A stretch of DNA of 24,000 bases from Coprobacillaceae bacterium. GTDB lineage: Bacteria; Bacillota_I; Bacilli_A; Erysipelotrichales; Coprobacillaceae. Below are positions 1-7,778 of the stretch, piece after piece. The stretch covers positions 16,599 through 40,598 of the forward strand of contig JAZLDV010000088.1 in the NCBI GenBank assembly GCA_045614925.1, given 5' to 3'. The stretch's first letter is position 1, and each line of letters begins with the position of its first letter. A model generated the notes under the pieces. That model saw nothing but the letters and a program-made list of their open reading frames with translations. It was not told the origin of the DNA and did not search any database. The position numbers and the translations under genes were made by a program.

Positions 1-2
1 TT

Positions 3-626
3 AAAGAAGTTGCTGGTTCTTCAAATGCATTAACATATGATGCAGCAGAATTTACTGTTGATTTATATGTAGATAATGAAGGAAATGTTGCAAATGTTGT
101 AGCAAGAAATGCTGAATCAGAAAAAGCAGAAATTAAATTTAAAAATGTTTATACAACATATGGATTAGAAGTTTCTAAAACTGTAGCAGGTGCATATGGT
201 GATAAAAATAAAGATTTTAATTTTGTATTAAATGTGGAAGCATCTTCAACATTAGTTGATGATACTGTATTGAAAGCATCAAAAACATTAAAAGATGGTT
301 CTAAAGAAGTTGTAGATATTACAGTAGGGAAAGATAATAGCTTTACTTTAAAAGATGGTGAATCTTTAGTTGTAAATGATTTACCAGATGGAACTAAATA
401 TACAGTTAGTGAAACTGATGCCAATAAATCTGGATATAATACAGTAGTTAATGACAGTGATAATGGTGTTATGGATAAAGATGCAACTGTAGAATTTACA
501 AATACTAAAGAAGCAATTGTTTCTACTGGGGTTATGTTAGATAGTGCACCATATATTTTAGCATTCTCTATGGGTGTTGCTGTAATGATCTTACTTGTAG
601 CTAAGAGAAAACGTAATGAAGCTTAA
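3..626 (+). CDS. Cell-wall-anchored pilin / T-antigen-like surface protein, C-terminal part (5' end outside window)
   Basis: Frame 3 is open from the window edge to TAA 624-626; the track only shows the Met-initiated tail from 234. Gram-positive isopeptide-pilin style motifs are present (KFKNVY, SKTVAGAYGDKNKDFNF, LPDGTKYTVSETD..GY, VEFTNT). The C-terminal sorting signal is IVSTG, then hydrophobic VMLDSAPYILAFSMGVAVMILLVA, then KRKRNEA. It is laid out like S. pyogenes Spy0128 (EVPTG...APYI...). Confidence 0.8.
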   Translation, partial: KEVAGSSNALTYDAAEFTVDLYVDNEGNVANVVARNAESEKAEIKFKNVYTTYGLEVSKTVAGAYGDKNKDFNFVLNVEASSTLVDDTVLKASKTLKDGSKEVVDITVGKDNSFTLKDGESLVVNDLPDGTKYTVSETDANKSGYNTVVNDSDNGVMDKDATVEFTNTKEAIVSTGVMLDSAPYILAFSMGVAVMILLVAKRKRNEA

Positions 627-1368
627 TGAGAGCTTAATAACAAAGATAACGAAAACTGTAAAAGGTTTAGATAGAATTTTAGATACAGTCATTATCTTTG
701 TAGTTGTTATAGCGATGCTTTATGGTGGATACGGGCTTTACGATACATATACAATTTACAATCAGGCGTCAAATAATCAGGATATATTAAAATATAAACC
801 TGACTTTGTGAATAATGAGAATACTCATGAATTATCTGATTTAAATGAAGATATCTGTGCATGGCTAACAATTGATGATACACATATTGATTATCCTGTT
901 GTACAAGGAGAAGATAATGCTGAATATTTGAATAAAGATGTGGAAGGAAATTATTCTTTAACTGGAAGTTTATTTCTAGATTATAGAAATCAGAATAATT
1001 TTAAAGATTTTTATTCGTTAATTTATGGTCATAGTTTAGAAGGAAATTATATGTTTGGAATTATTTCTAAGTATTTAAATAAAGACTTCTTTAATGATCA
1101 TTTAACTGGAACAATCAGTATCAATAATCAGCAATATGATTTAGAAATATTTGCATGTGTATTCGGTGATGCATATGATGATATGATTTATAATCCTCAT
1201 ATTTATATAGGCAATGAAAATGCAAAATTATTAAAATACATAAAAGACAATGCGCGTGTCTATAGGGATATAGAAGTTAATGGAAAAGATCGTATTATTG
1301 GGATGTCAACATGTTATGATATGACGACAAATGGTCGAGTGATTGTTTTCGCAAAAATAAATGATTAA
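616..1368 (+). CDS. srtB: Class B sortase (pilin-polymerising / SrtB family)
   Basis: N-terminal membrane anchor (ILDTVIIFVVVIAMLYGGYGLY). Motifs: DICAWLTIDDTHIDYPVVQG, catalytic His in LIYGHSL, Cys in GMSTCYD, Arg in NGRVIVFA. Overlaps the pilin stop by 11 nt. Confidence 0.85.
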   Translation: MKLNESLITKITKTVKGLDRILDTVIIFVVVIAMLYGGYGLYDTYTIYNQASNNQDILKYKPDFVNNENTHELSDLNEDICAWLTIDDTHIDYPVVQGEDNAEYLNKDVEGNYSLTGSLFLDYRNQNNFKDFYSLIYGHSLEGNYMFGIISKYLNKDFFNDHLTGTISINNQQYDLEIFACVFGDAYDDMIYNPHIYIGNENAKLLKYIKDNARVYRDIEVNGKDRIIGMSTCYDMTTNGRVIVFAKIND

Positions 1369-1370
1369 TG

Positions 1371-1419
1371 AAAAATCTGTGTGGTTGAGTTTGTCACTCA
1401 ATTACACAGATTTATTTTT
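1371..1419. terminator. Bidirectional rho-independent terminator between sortase and the convergent Rpn-module gene
   Basis: 17-bp stem (AATCTGTGTGGTTGAGT / ACTCAATTACACAGATT, two G.U pairs) with loop TTGTC. Flanked by an A-run upstream and TATTTTT downstream. Confidence 0.8.
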
Positions 1420-1642
1420 CTTCAAGTATCTTTTGATAATGGTCATAGTCTTCTTTTGTTATTTCTAAAAATTTTAATGCTTCATCAAATGACATATTCA
1501 TTTTATTTATAAGTTTTGAAACTGTTTCAAGCTTCTCTATTGCTTCTCTTCTTGCTTCTCCTCTTGCTTCTCCTCTAGCCTCACCAATTGCCTCACCAAT
1601 CTTAATTCCGTCCGCTTTGATATTATCCCATATTTTTGACAT
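1412..1642 (-). CDS. Stand-alone copy of the Rpn-nuclease C-terminal domain (76 aa; RpnS-like small protein candidate)
   Basis: Near-identical to residues 203-279 of the adjacent 279-aa ORF (MSKIWDNIKADGIKIGEAIGEARGEARGEARREAIEKL... vs MCEIWDNIKADGIKIGEAIGEARGEAKGEARGEAIEKL...). Has its own SD (AAAGGAG, 6-nt spacer) and ATG, and the frame is intact. Confidence 0.7.
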   Translation of the reverse strand: MSKIWDNIKADGIKIGEAIGEARGEARGEARREAIEKLETVSKLINKMNMSFDEALKFLEITKEDYDHYQKILEEK

Positions 1643-1903
1643 AATAAACTCCTTTAAACCAATGCTTGTTTAGTTATTGTCTTCAAGTAGCTTTTGATAA
1701 CGGTCATAGTCTTCTTTTGTTATTTCTAAAAATTCTAATGCTTCATCAAATGACATATTCATTTTATTTATAAGTTTTGAAACTGTTTCAAGCTTCTCTA
1801 TTGCTTCTCCTCTTGCTTCTCCTTTAGCTTCTCCTCTAGCCTCACCAATTGCTTCACCAATCTTAATTCCATCCGCTTTGATATTATCCCATATTTCACA
1901 CAT
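1420..1903. repeat. Tandem direct duplication of the Rpn C-terminal coding module (copies 1420-1642 and 1681-1903)
   Basis: The two ~223-nt copies are offset by exactly 261 nt with no indels and about a dozen mismatches by my own eye alignment. Homology resumes at the shared CTCCTTTA (SD complement) just past each ATG. Confidence 0.9.
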
Positions 1904-2509
1904 CTGTTTTACACCTCCTTTAGTTTCTTTAAAATATCTGACTCTTTCCTTTAAAACCTCATTATGCATTTCATCAGGATTTGTACATTTTAAATCATGA
2001 ACTAATCTTCCAATCTTATCATTATGATTATAGTCTCCATTTACTAACATAATCAAAGATTCATCATCAAAATCCTTGCTTAATTCTTCAATCTTTCTTT
2101 TAACTGTATATACTGGAAGTCCTTTATCAAACGGATCAAAACCACATATCTCTACAATTATAGTATGAGGAAGCTTTTTATAAGGCTGCCCACTTCTAAG
2201 AATATTAACATCAATTTCACTTGCATACATCCTGATTCTTTTCGCTAAAGCATTAGATTCATGATTTTCTAGTTCAATGTCTATATGTTTTTTATCACTT
2301 ATAATCATGATATCAAGCATAACAGATTTCTCACTAATATTTTTTATATCATATTGAGTTTCAAAGTGTATAATGTCTTCATCTTCATCTATGATGTCTA
2401 ATGCTTTTGCTAGTTCTAAAACGCAATTCTTATCTTTAAAGACGATTCTTGCAAAATCATCATCAAAAAGCTTAAGATTTTTTAATTCTTTAAGATAAGT
2501 ATGATTCAT
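1670..2509 (-). CDS. Rpn/YhgA-like PD-(D/E)XK nuclease ('recombination-promoting nuclease / putative transposase' family)
   Basis: N-terminal nuclease-like core (..SVMLDIMIISDKKHIDIELENHES..). The C-terminal GEAxGEAxGEAxGEA repeat followed by a helical tail is typical of the TIGR01784/PDDEXK_2-type proteins of Firmicutes. Confidence 0.7.
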   Translation of the reverse strand: MNHTYLKELKNLKLFDDDFARIVFKDKNCVLELAKALDIIDEDEDIIHFETQYDIKNISEKSVMLDIMIISDKKHIDIELENHESNALAKRIRMYASEIDVNILRSGQPYKKLPHTIIVEICGFDPFDKGLPVYTVKRKIEELSKDFDDESLIMLVNGDYNHNDKIGRLVHDLKCTNPDEMHNEVLKERVRYFKETKGGVKQMCEIWDNIKADGIKIGEAIGEARGEAKGEARGEAIEKLETVSKLINKMNMSFDEALEFLEITKEDYDRYQKLLEDNN

Positions 2510-2603
2510 ATCATCAGTCCTTTCTATATAAATTTTTATAGTAAAAGTTTTTGATATTTTGGACTTTTGATATGTATTTATAGTCTAACATATAACTTAT
2601 AAC

Positions 2604-2625
2604 AATTTGTCTCAAATTTGTCTCA
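2604..2625. repeat. Perfect tandem 11-mer (AATTTGTCTCA x2) in the intergenic region upstream of the Rpn-like gene
   Basis: Read directly: AATTTGTCTCA at 2604-2614 and again at 2615-2625. Confidence 0.9.
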
Positions 2626-2660
2626 AAATAAAAAGGTACTCGCATAAGTATGCGAATACC
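2626..2660 (-). terminator. Rho-independent terminator of gdhA
   Basis: On the minus strand: GGTATTCGCAT-ACTT-ATGCGAGTACC followed by TTTTTATTTT, starting 7 nt after the gdhA stop. Confidence 0.8.
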
Positions 2661-2666
2661 ATCATA

Positions 2667-4010
2667 TTAATAAATTCCTTGAGACATCATTGCTAATACA
2701 ACTTTTTCAAATCCAGCAATGTTTGCTCCTTTAATTAAATCATAACCTAAGCCATAACGTGCTGAAGCATCAACAGCAGCTTTATGAATATTTTTCATAA
2801 TCATTTTTAATTTTTCATCTACTTCTTCTTTACTCCAGCTATATCTCATAGAGTTTTGAGACATTTCTAAAGCACTTACTGCAACACCGCCAGCATTAGC
2901 AGCTTTAGCAGGACCAACAATACCTCCATTATTAACAAAATAATGAACACCAGCAGCAGTTGTAGGCATGTTAGCACCTTCAATAATATATTTCACACCA
3001 TTTTCAATCATGATTTTTGCTTCTTCTTCGCCAATTTCATTTTGAGTTGCACATGGGAATGCCATATCTACTTTTAATCCCCATGGTTTTTGATTAGGAA
3101 CAAACTCACAATTAAATTTTTCTGCGTAATCTTTTAATTTAACATCATTACATGTTCTGATTTTAACTAAGAAATCAATTTTTTCATCTGTTGTAATTCC
3201 TTCAGGATCATAAACATATCCATCTCTACCAGAAATAGATACAACTTTTGCTCCATATTCTCTTGCTTTTAAACAAACACCCCAAGCTACATTTCCATAA
3301 CCACTACATGCAATTGTTTTTCCTTCATAAGAATCGTTACAGTGATCTAAGATTTCTTTTCCAAAATAAACAGCTCCAAAACCAGTTGCCTCAGGTCTGA
3401 TTAAAGAACCTCCATAAGGTAATGGTTTACCAGTTAAGACACCATTTTCATAAGCACCTCTGATACGTTTATAATGACCAAATAAATAACCGATTTCTCT
3501 TGCTCCTACACCAATATCTCCAGCAGGTACGTCTACGTTAGGACCAATATGTCTATATAATTCTAACATAAATGATTCACAGAAATTTCTAATTTCATTA
3601 TCAGACTTTCCTTGTGGATTAAAGTCTGATCCACCTTTACCTCCCCCAATAGGTAATGATGTTAAAGAATTTTTAAAAATCTGTTCAAACCCTAAGAATT
3701 TAATAGTTCCTAAATTAACAGAAGGATGGAATCTTAATCCTCCTTTATAAGGACCAATAGCACTATTGAATTGTACTCTATATCCTCTATTTACATGAAC
3801 TTTTCCACTATCATCTACCCAAGGAACCTTAAACATAATTGTTCTTTCAGGCTCTACTAATCTTTCTAAAATAGCATATTGCTCATATTCTGGATGAGCA
3901 TCAATAACAGGTTTTAAACTCTCAAATACTTCTTCTACAGCTTGAATAAATTCAACCTGCTCAGCATTTTTGCTTTTCACTTCTTCTAAAACGCGATTTA
4001 CATAACTCAT
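2667..4010 (-). CDS. gdhA: Glutamate dehydrogenase (hexameric GdhA family, probably NADP-specific)
   Basis: 447 aa. Classic motifs: GPYKGGLRFHPSVNLGTIKFLGFEQIFKNSLTSLPIGGGKGGSDFNP and the GYGNVAWG dinucleotide fold. SD is AAAAGGGGGA upstream of the ATG. Confidence 0.95.
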   Translation of the reverse strand: MSYVNRVLEEVKSKNAEQVEFIQAVEEVFESLKPVIDAHPEYEQYAILERLVEPERTIMFKVPWVDDSGKVHVNRGYRVQFNSAIGPYKGGLRFHPSVNLGTIKFLGFEQIFKNSLTSLPIGGGKGGSDFNPQGKSDNEIRNFCESFMLELYRHIGPNVDVPAGDIGVGAREIGYLFGHYKRIRGAYENGVLTGKPLPYGGSLIRPEATGFGAVYFGKEILDHCNDSYEGKTIACSGYGNVAWGVCLKAREYGAKVVSISGRDGYVYDPEGITTDEKIDFLVKIRTCNDVKLKDYAEKFNCEFVPNQKPWGLKVDMAFPCATQNEIGEEEAKIMIENGVKYIIEGANMPTTAAGVHYFVNNGGIVGPAKAANAGGVAVSALEMSQNSMRYSWSKEEVDEKLKMIMKNIHKAAVDASARYGLGYDLIKGANIAGFEKVVLAMMSQGIY

Positions 4011-4097
4011 TTTAGTATCCCCCTTTTAAATAATATAGATAATTATATATCTAACAAAATAAAAAATAAAATAATAAAAAATTATGTTAATATAGTA

Positions 4098-4478
4098 TTG
4101 GTGATGAAAATGAAGAAAAAAATGAATGAATTAAGAATGACTATTGTCAATACAATCTTGCTGTTATCTTTTTTAGGATATGCATTGATGCAATTATCCT
4201 TAAATAATAAGATAGGGATGATTGGCGGACTATGTATGACATTTATTGCTTTTATATTACTAGCAGCTAGATATAAACATGTAATATATGAGGATATGAT
4301 GATTATTTATGAATGGAAAGTTGCTGCTATGCTTCCTTCATTAGTTATGTATAGTGATATAGTAAAAGTTGAACAGAAATCTAAATTTCATGTTGTAATT
4401 GAACATAAATATAAAAGTCATGTTTATGTTTTTAATGCAAAGAAATTTATTGATACATATGAATCTATGAAAAAATAA
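4098..4478 (+). CDS. Small hypothetical membrane protein (2 predicted TM helices plus a short soluble C-terminal domain)
   Basis: ORF with two hydrophobic segments (IVNTILLLSFLGYALMQL, IGGLCMTFIAFILLAA). The start is ambiguous (TTG 4098, GTG 4101, ATG 4104 or ATG 4110; GGTGA precedes 4110). No family recognised. Confidence 0.5.
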   Translation: MVMKMKKKMNELRMTIVNTILLLSFLGYALMQLSLNNKIGMIGGLCMTFIAFILLAARYKHVIYEDMMIIYEWKVAAMLPSLVMYSDIVKVEQKSKFHVVIEHKYKSHVYVFNAKKFIDTYESMKK

Positions 4479-4532
4479 TTTATTGTGTTTAATCTTGTTA
4501 TTTAAATCCATACTTTTATTGGAGGTAGAAAT

Positions 4533-5126
4533 ATGGACTTTAAAAATAGTGAAACAAGATTGAATTTAATGAAGGCTTTTGCAGGTGAATCACAGGCAAG
4601 AAATAGATATACTTTTGCAGCAAGTAATGCTAAAAAACAAGGATATTATATGTTAGAGAAAGTATTTTTATTTACTGCAGATCAAGAAAGAGCACATGGT
4701 GAAGTTTTCTATAATCATTTAAAAGAATTATCAGGTTTAAATTTAACTGTTGAAGGAACTTATCCTATAGATATTGATAAGGATATTGCATCTTTATTAC
4801 AGTCTTCTGCACATAATGAATATGAAGAATATGAAACTGTATATCCAGAATTTGCTAAGATTGCAAGAAAAGAAGGATTTGAAAAAGTTGCGATTGATTT
4901 TGAACATATCGCAGGAATTGAAAAAGTTCACGGAGATCGTTTTAAAAGCCTATTAGTTAAAATGGAAAGTAATGCTTTATATAAAGAAACAAAAACAGAA
5001 AACTGGATGTGTCTGAATTGTGGATTTATTTATGAAGGTGTTGAAGTTCCCCATATGTGTCCTGTCTGTTCATATGAACAAGGATATTTTATTCGCTTAG
5101 GTTATGCACCTTATACGAAAATGTAA
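4533..5126 (+). CDS. rbr: Rubrerythrin
   Basis: Ferritin-like diiron domain (AGESQARNRY, DQERAHGE, HNEYEEYE, IEKVHGDRF) plus a C-terminal rubredoxin-like CLNC...CPVC. SD is GGAGGT 7 nt upstream. Confidence 0.93.
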   Translation: MDFKNSETRLNLMKAFAGESQARNRYTFAASNAKKQGYYMLEKVFLFTADQERAHGEVFYNHLKELSGLNLTVEGTYPIDIDKDIASLLQSSAHNEYEEYETVYPEFAKIARKEGFEKVAIDFEHIAGIEKVHGDRFKSLLVKMESNALYKETKTENWMCLNCGFIYEGVEVPHMCPVCSYEQGYFIRLGYAPYTKM

Positions 5127-5199
5127 CTTATGCTTATGCATAAGTTTTTCTTTTTTTTGATTGAGTATTTTGTTATAATGCGTAAAGGGGTGTGATGTT

Positions 5200-5937
5200 A
5201 TGAGTTATGAAGTTGTATTAGATGAGTTTCAAGGACCTTTAGATCTTTTATTACATCTTATTAAAGAAAAAGAAATGGATTTAGAGACATTAGAAGTTTC
5301 ATTGATTACTGATCAGTATTTAGCTTATATAAATAAAATGGATGCAAGTCAGTTAGAAAAAATGTCTGAATATTTAGTTATGGCAGCATCTTTAATTGAA
5401 ATGAAAAGTAAATTATTATTGCCTAATGAAAAAATCACTATAGAAGATGAATATGAAGAAGATCCTAGAGAACAGTTAATCAAACGATTAATTGAATATA
5501 AAAAATATAAAGACGTTCTTGATGATATGAGAGAATGTTATGAACATAGACAAACATTACATACGAAAGCTCCTGCTAATATGGATGATTATATTGTTGA
5601 TACAACTGAATTAATTCCTGATAATTTAGAAGTTTATGACTTAATTCGTGCAATGCAGAAAATGTTTCAAAGAAAAGCATTATCTGCACCATTAGAATCT
5701 AAAGTTGCACGTGTAGAGATTTCTATAGATGATCGTAGTGAAGAAATTAAAAGATTTTTTAAATTACATAAAGGACAAAGAATTTTATTTGAAGATTTAT
5801 TTGAAGAACCAACAAAAATATTCTTTGTAGTAACTTTTTTAGCGATATTAGATCTTGTTAATAAAGATGTTTTAGTTATTGAACAAGATGGTAATTTTGA
5901 AGATATTTATTTAAAGGAGAAAGAAAGTGGAGCATAA
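5200..5937 (+). CDS. scpA: Segregation and condensation protein A
   Basis: LDEFQGPLDLLLHLIKEKEMDL N-terminus, 245 aa, overlaps and is coupled to scpB. Confidence 0.93.
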   Translation: MSYEVVLDEFQGPLDLLLHLIKEKEMDLETLEVSLITDQYLAYINKMDASQLEKMSEYLVMAASLIEMKSKLLLPNEKITIEDEYEEDPREQLIKRLIEYKKYKDVLDDMRECYEHRQTLHTKAPANMDDYIVDTTELIPDNLEVYDLIRAMQKMFQRKALSAPLESKVARVEISIDDRSEEIKRFFKLHKGQRILFEDLFEEPTKIFFVVTFLAILDLVNKDVLVIEQDGNFEDIYLKEKESGA

Positions 5938-6499
5938 TGAAATATTAAGTGTTATTGAAGGTATGCTTTTTTTAGCCGGAGATAATGGTTTAACTGTTAA
6001 ACAAGTGAGTGCAGTTTTACAATTAAATAAAAAAGAAGCAGTTTCTTATTTAGATGAATTAAGTGATATTATTAATAATAGAGAAGTAAAAGGGTTTGAA
6101 TTAACTAACTTTGGAGGAGTTTATAAGTTTATTACTTTATCTAAGCATCATGAATTCTATGAAAGAATGATTGAACAAAGTGAAAATACTTTATCTAATG
6201 CTGCATTAGAAACTCTAGCTATTATTGCTTATAATCAGCCAGTAACTCGTGTAAGAATTGAAGAAATCAGAGGAGTAGGGTGTGATGCGATGATTAGAAA
6301 ATTAATCGCAAAAGCATTAATTAAAGAAGTAGGAAGAGAAGATACACCAGGTAAACCTATTTTATATGGTGTAACTGATGAATTTATGGATGCATTTTCT
6401 TTAACTTCTTTAGATGAGTTACCAGAATTAAAAGAAATGAAGTCTGATTTTGATTCAGATGATTTATTTAATACAAAATATAGAGAAGACGTTGAATAG
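5927..6499 (+). CDS. scpB: Segregation and condensation protein B
   Basis: GTG start preceded by AAGGAG. Motifs IEGMLFLAGDNGLT, ALETLAIIAYNQPVTRVRIEEIRGV, PGKPILYGVTDEF. Confidence 0.93.
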   Translation: MEHNEILSVIEGMLFLAGDNGLTVKQVSAVLQLNKKEAVSYLDELSDIINNREVKGFELTNFGGVYKFITLSKHHEFYERMIEQSENTLSNAALETLAIIAYNQPVTRVRIEEIRGVGCDAMIRKLIAKALIKEVGREDTPGKPILYGVTDEFMDAFSLTSLDELPELKEMKSDFDSDDLFNTKYREDVE

Positions 6500-6512
6500 T
6501 CTTCTTTTTTTC
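6483..6512 (+). terminator. Rho-independent terminator after scpB
   Basis: AGAAGAC-GTTGAATA-GTCTTCT hairpin overlapping the scpB stop codon, followed by a T-run. Confidence 0.7.
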
Positions 6513-6541
6513 TTGTGTTTTATTTCACATATATGTATAAT
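6513..6541 (+). promoter_or_regulatory. Candidate sigma-A promoter for fucO (weak -35 TTGTGT, extended -10 TGTATAAT)
   Basis: TTGTGT at 6513-6518, a 17-nt spacer, TG at 6534-6535, TATAAT at 6536-6541. Confidence 0.4.
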
Positions 6542-6577
6542 GAAGTTTGTGAAATAATTATTAAGGAGAAAAACAAA

Positions 6578-7723
6578 ATGGCAAACAGATTTATTTTAAA
6601 TGAAACAAGTTATCATGGAAGTGGAGCAATCTTATCTATTCCTGCTGAAGCAAAAGCAAGAGGATATAATAAAGCTTTAGTATGTTCAGATCCAGATTTA
6701 ATTAAATTTGGTTTAACAAAAAAAGTAACAGATTTATTAGATGAAGCAGGATTAGCATATGAAATCTTCTCTGATATTAAACCTAACCCTACAATTGAAA
6801 ATGTTCAAGCTGGTGTAGAAGCTTTACATAATGCAAATGCTGATTATATTATTGCAATTGGTGGTGGATCATCAATGGATACTGCAAAAGCAGTAGGGAT
6901 TATTGATACAAATCCAGAATTTGCAGATGTAAGAAGTTTAGAAGGTGTTGCAGATACTAAAAATCCATGTACACCAATCTTTGCAGTACCAACAACTGCT
7001 GGAACTGCTGCAGAAGTCACAATTAACTATGTTATTACAGATGTTCAAAATGATAGAAAAATGGTATGTGTAGATCCTCATGATTTACCAGTTGTTGCAT
7101 TCGTAGATCCAGATATGATGGAAACAATGCCTGCTGGTTTAACTGCAGCAACAGGTATGGATGCATTAACACATGCAATTGAAGGATATATTACTAAAGG
7201 TGCTTGGGAATTAAGTGATATGTTCCATATTAAAGCAATTGAATTAATTGCTAAACATTTAAGAGGGGCTGTAGAAAATACTAAAGAAGGTAGAGAAGGA
7301 ATGGCTTTAGGTCAATATATCGCTGGTATGGGATTCTCTAACGTTGGTTTAGGTATCGTTCACTCTATGGCTCACCCATTAGGAGCATTATATGATACAC
7401 CTCATGGTATTGCTAATGCTATTATTTTACCAACAGTTATGGAATATAATGCACCATTTACTGGTGATAAATATAAAGCAATTGCAAGGGCTATGGGAGT
7501 TAATGTTCATGGAATGGATATTGAAGCATGTAGAGTTGCAGCAATTGAAGCAGTAAAACAATTATCATTAGATGTAGGAATTCCTGCTGATTTAAAAGAT
7601 ATTGTAAAAGAAGAAGACTTAGACTTCTTATCTGAATCAGCATTTGCTGATGCTTGCAGACCAGGAAATCCAAGAGATACAAGTGTAGAAGAAATCAAAG
7701 CATTATATCAATCATTATTATAA
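6578..7723 (+). CDS. fucO: Lactaldehyde reductase / L-1,2-propanediol oxidoreductase (iron-containing group III alcohol dehydrogenase)
   Basis: Collinear with my recollection of E. coli FucO along the whole length (MANRFILNETSYHGSGA.., AIGGGSSMDTAKAVGII.., PEFADVRSLEG, PTTAGTAAEVTINYVITD, DALTHAIEGYIT, GLGIVHSMAHPLGA..PHG). I place the start at ATG 6578 (AAGGAG at 6563-6568), not the track's 6515. Confidence 0.9.
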   Translation: MANRFILNETSYHGSGAILSIPAEAKARGYNKALVCSDPDLIKFGLTKKVTDLLDEAGLAYEIFSDIKPNPTIENVQAGVEALHNANADYIIAIGGGSSMDTAKAVGIIDTNPEFADVRSLEGVADTKNPCTPIFAVPTTAGTAAEVTINYVITDVQNDRKMVCVDPHDLPVVAFVDPDMMETMPAGLTAATGMDALTHAIEGYITKGAWELSDMFHIKAIELIAKHLRGAVENTKEGREGMALGQYIAGMGFSNVGLGIVHSMAHPLGALYDTPHGIANAIILPTVMEYNAPFTGDKYKAIARAMGVNVHGMDIEACRVAAIEAVKQLSLDVGIPADLKDIVKEEDLDFLSESAFADACRPGNPRDTSVEEIKALYQSLL

Positions 7724-7734
7724 TAAGACAAAAT

Positions 7735-7778
7735 AAAAACTGTAGATGTTAAATTATTTAACATTCTACAGTTTTTTT
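7735..7778. terminator. Bidirectional terminator between fucO and the convergent DUF1292 gene
   Basis: CTGTAGATGTTAA / TTAACATTCTACAG hairpin (one bulge), flanked by AAAAA upstream and TTTTTTT downstream. Confidence 0.8.

Noticed and set aside
149-424. 91-aa minus-strand ORF
   Set aside because: Entirely antisense to the pilin ORF, which has clear family motifs. No SD, and its composition mirrors the sense strand.
1412-2660. Possible mobile element, given the family's 'putative transposase' label
   Set aside because: I found no terminal inverted repeats or flanking target-site duplication around the locus. Rpn-family proteins are not demonstrated transposases. Called as a nuclease gene, not a mobile element.
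4774-4956. 60-aa plus-strand ORF inside rubrerythrin
   Set aside because: It is an alternative frame of a confidently identified gene. Low-complexity I/L/K product with no SD.
6515-6577. N-terminal extension of fucO in the track (MFYFTYMYNEV...)
   Set aside because: The extension covers the putative promoter -10 and the SD. Homology to FucO begins exactly at MANRF (ATG 6578).
7500-7698. Two ~60-aa minus-strand ORFs
   Set aside because: Antisense to the 3' end of fucO; typical spurious AT-rich frames.
6578-7723. Orphan fucO without fucose, rhamnose or propanediol neighbours, considered as a possible island
   Set aside because: It is flanked by its own promoter and terminators, with composition like its surroundings. 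Stand-alone Fe-ADH/FucO-like genes are common in anaerobes. Nothing unusual is visible in the sequence.
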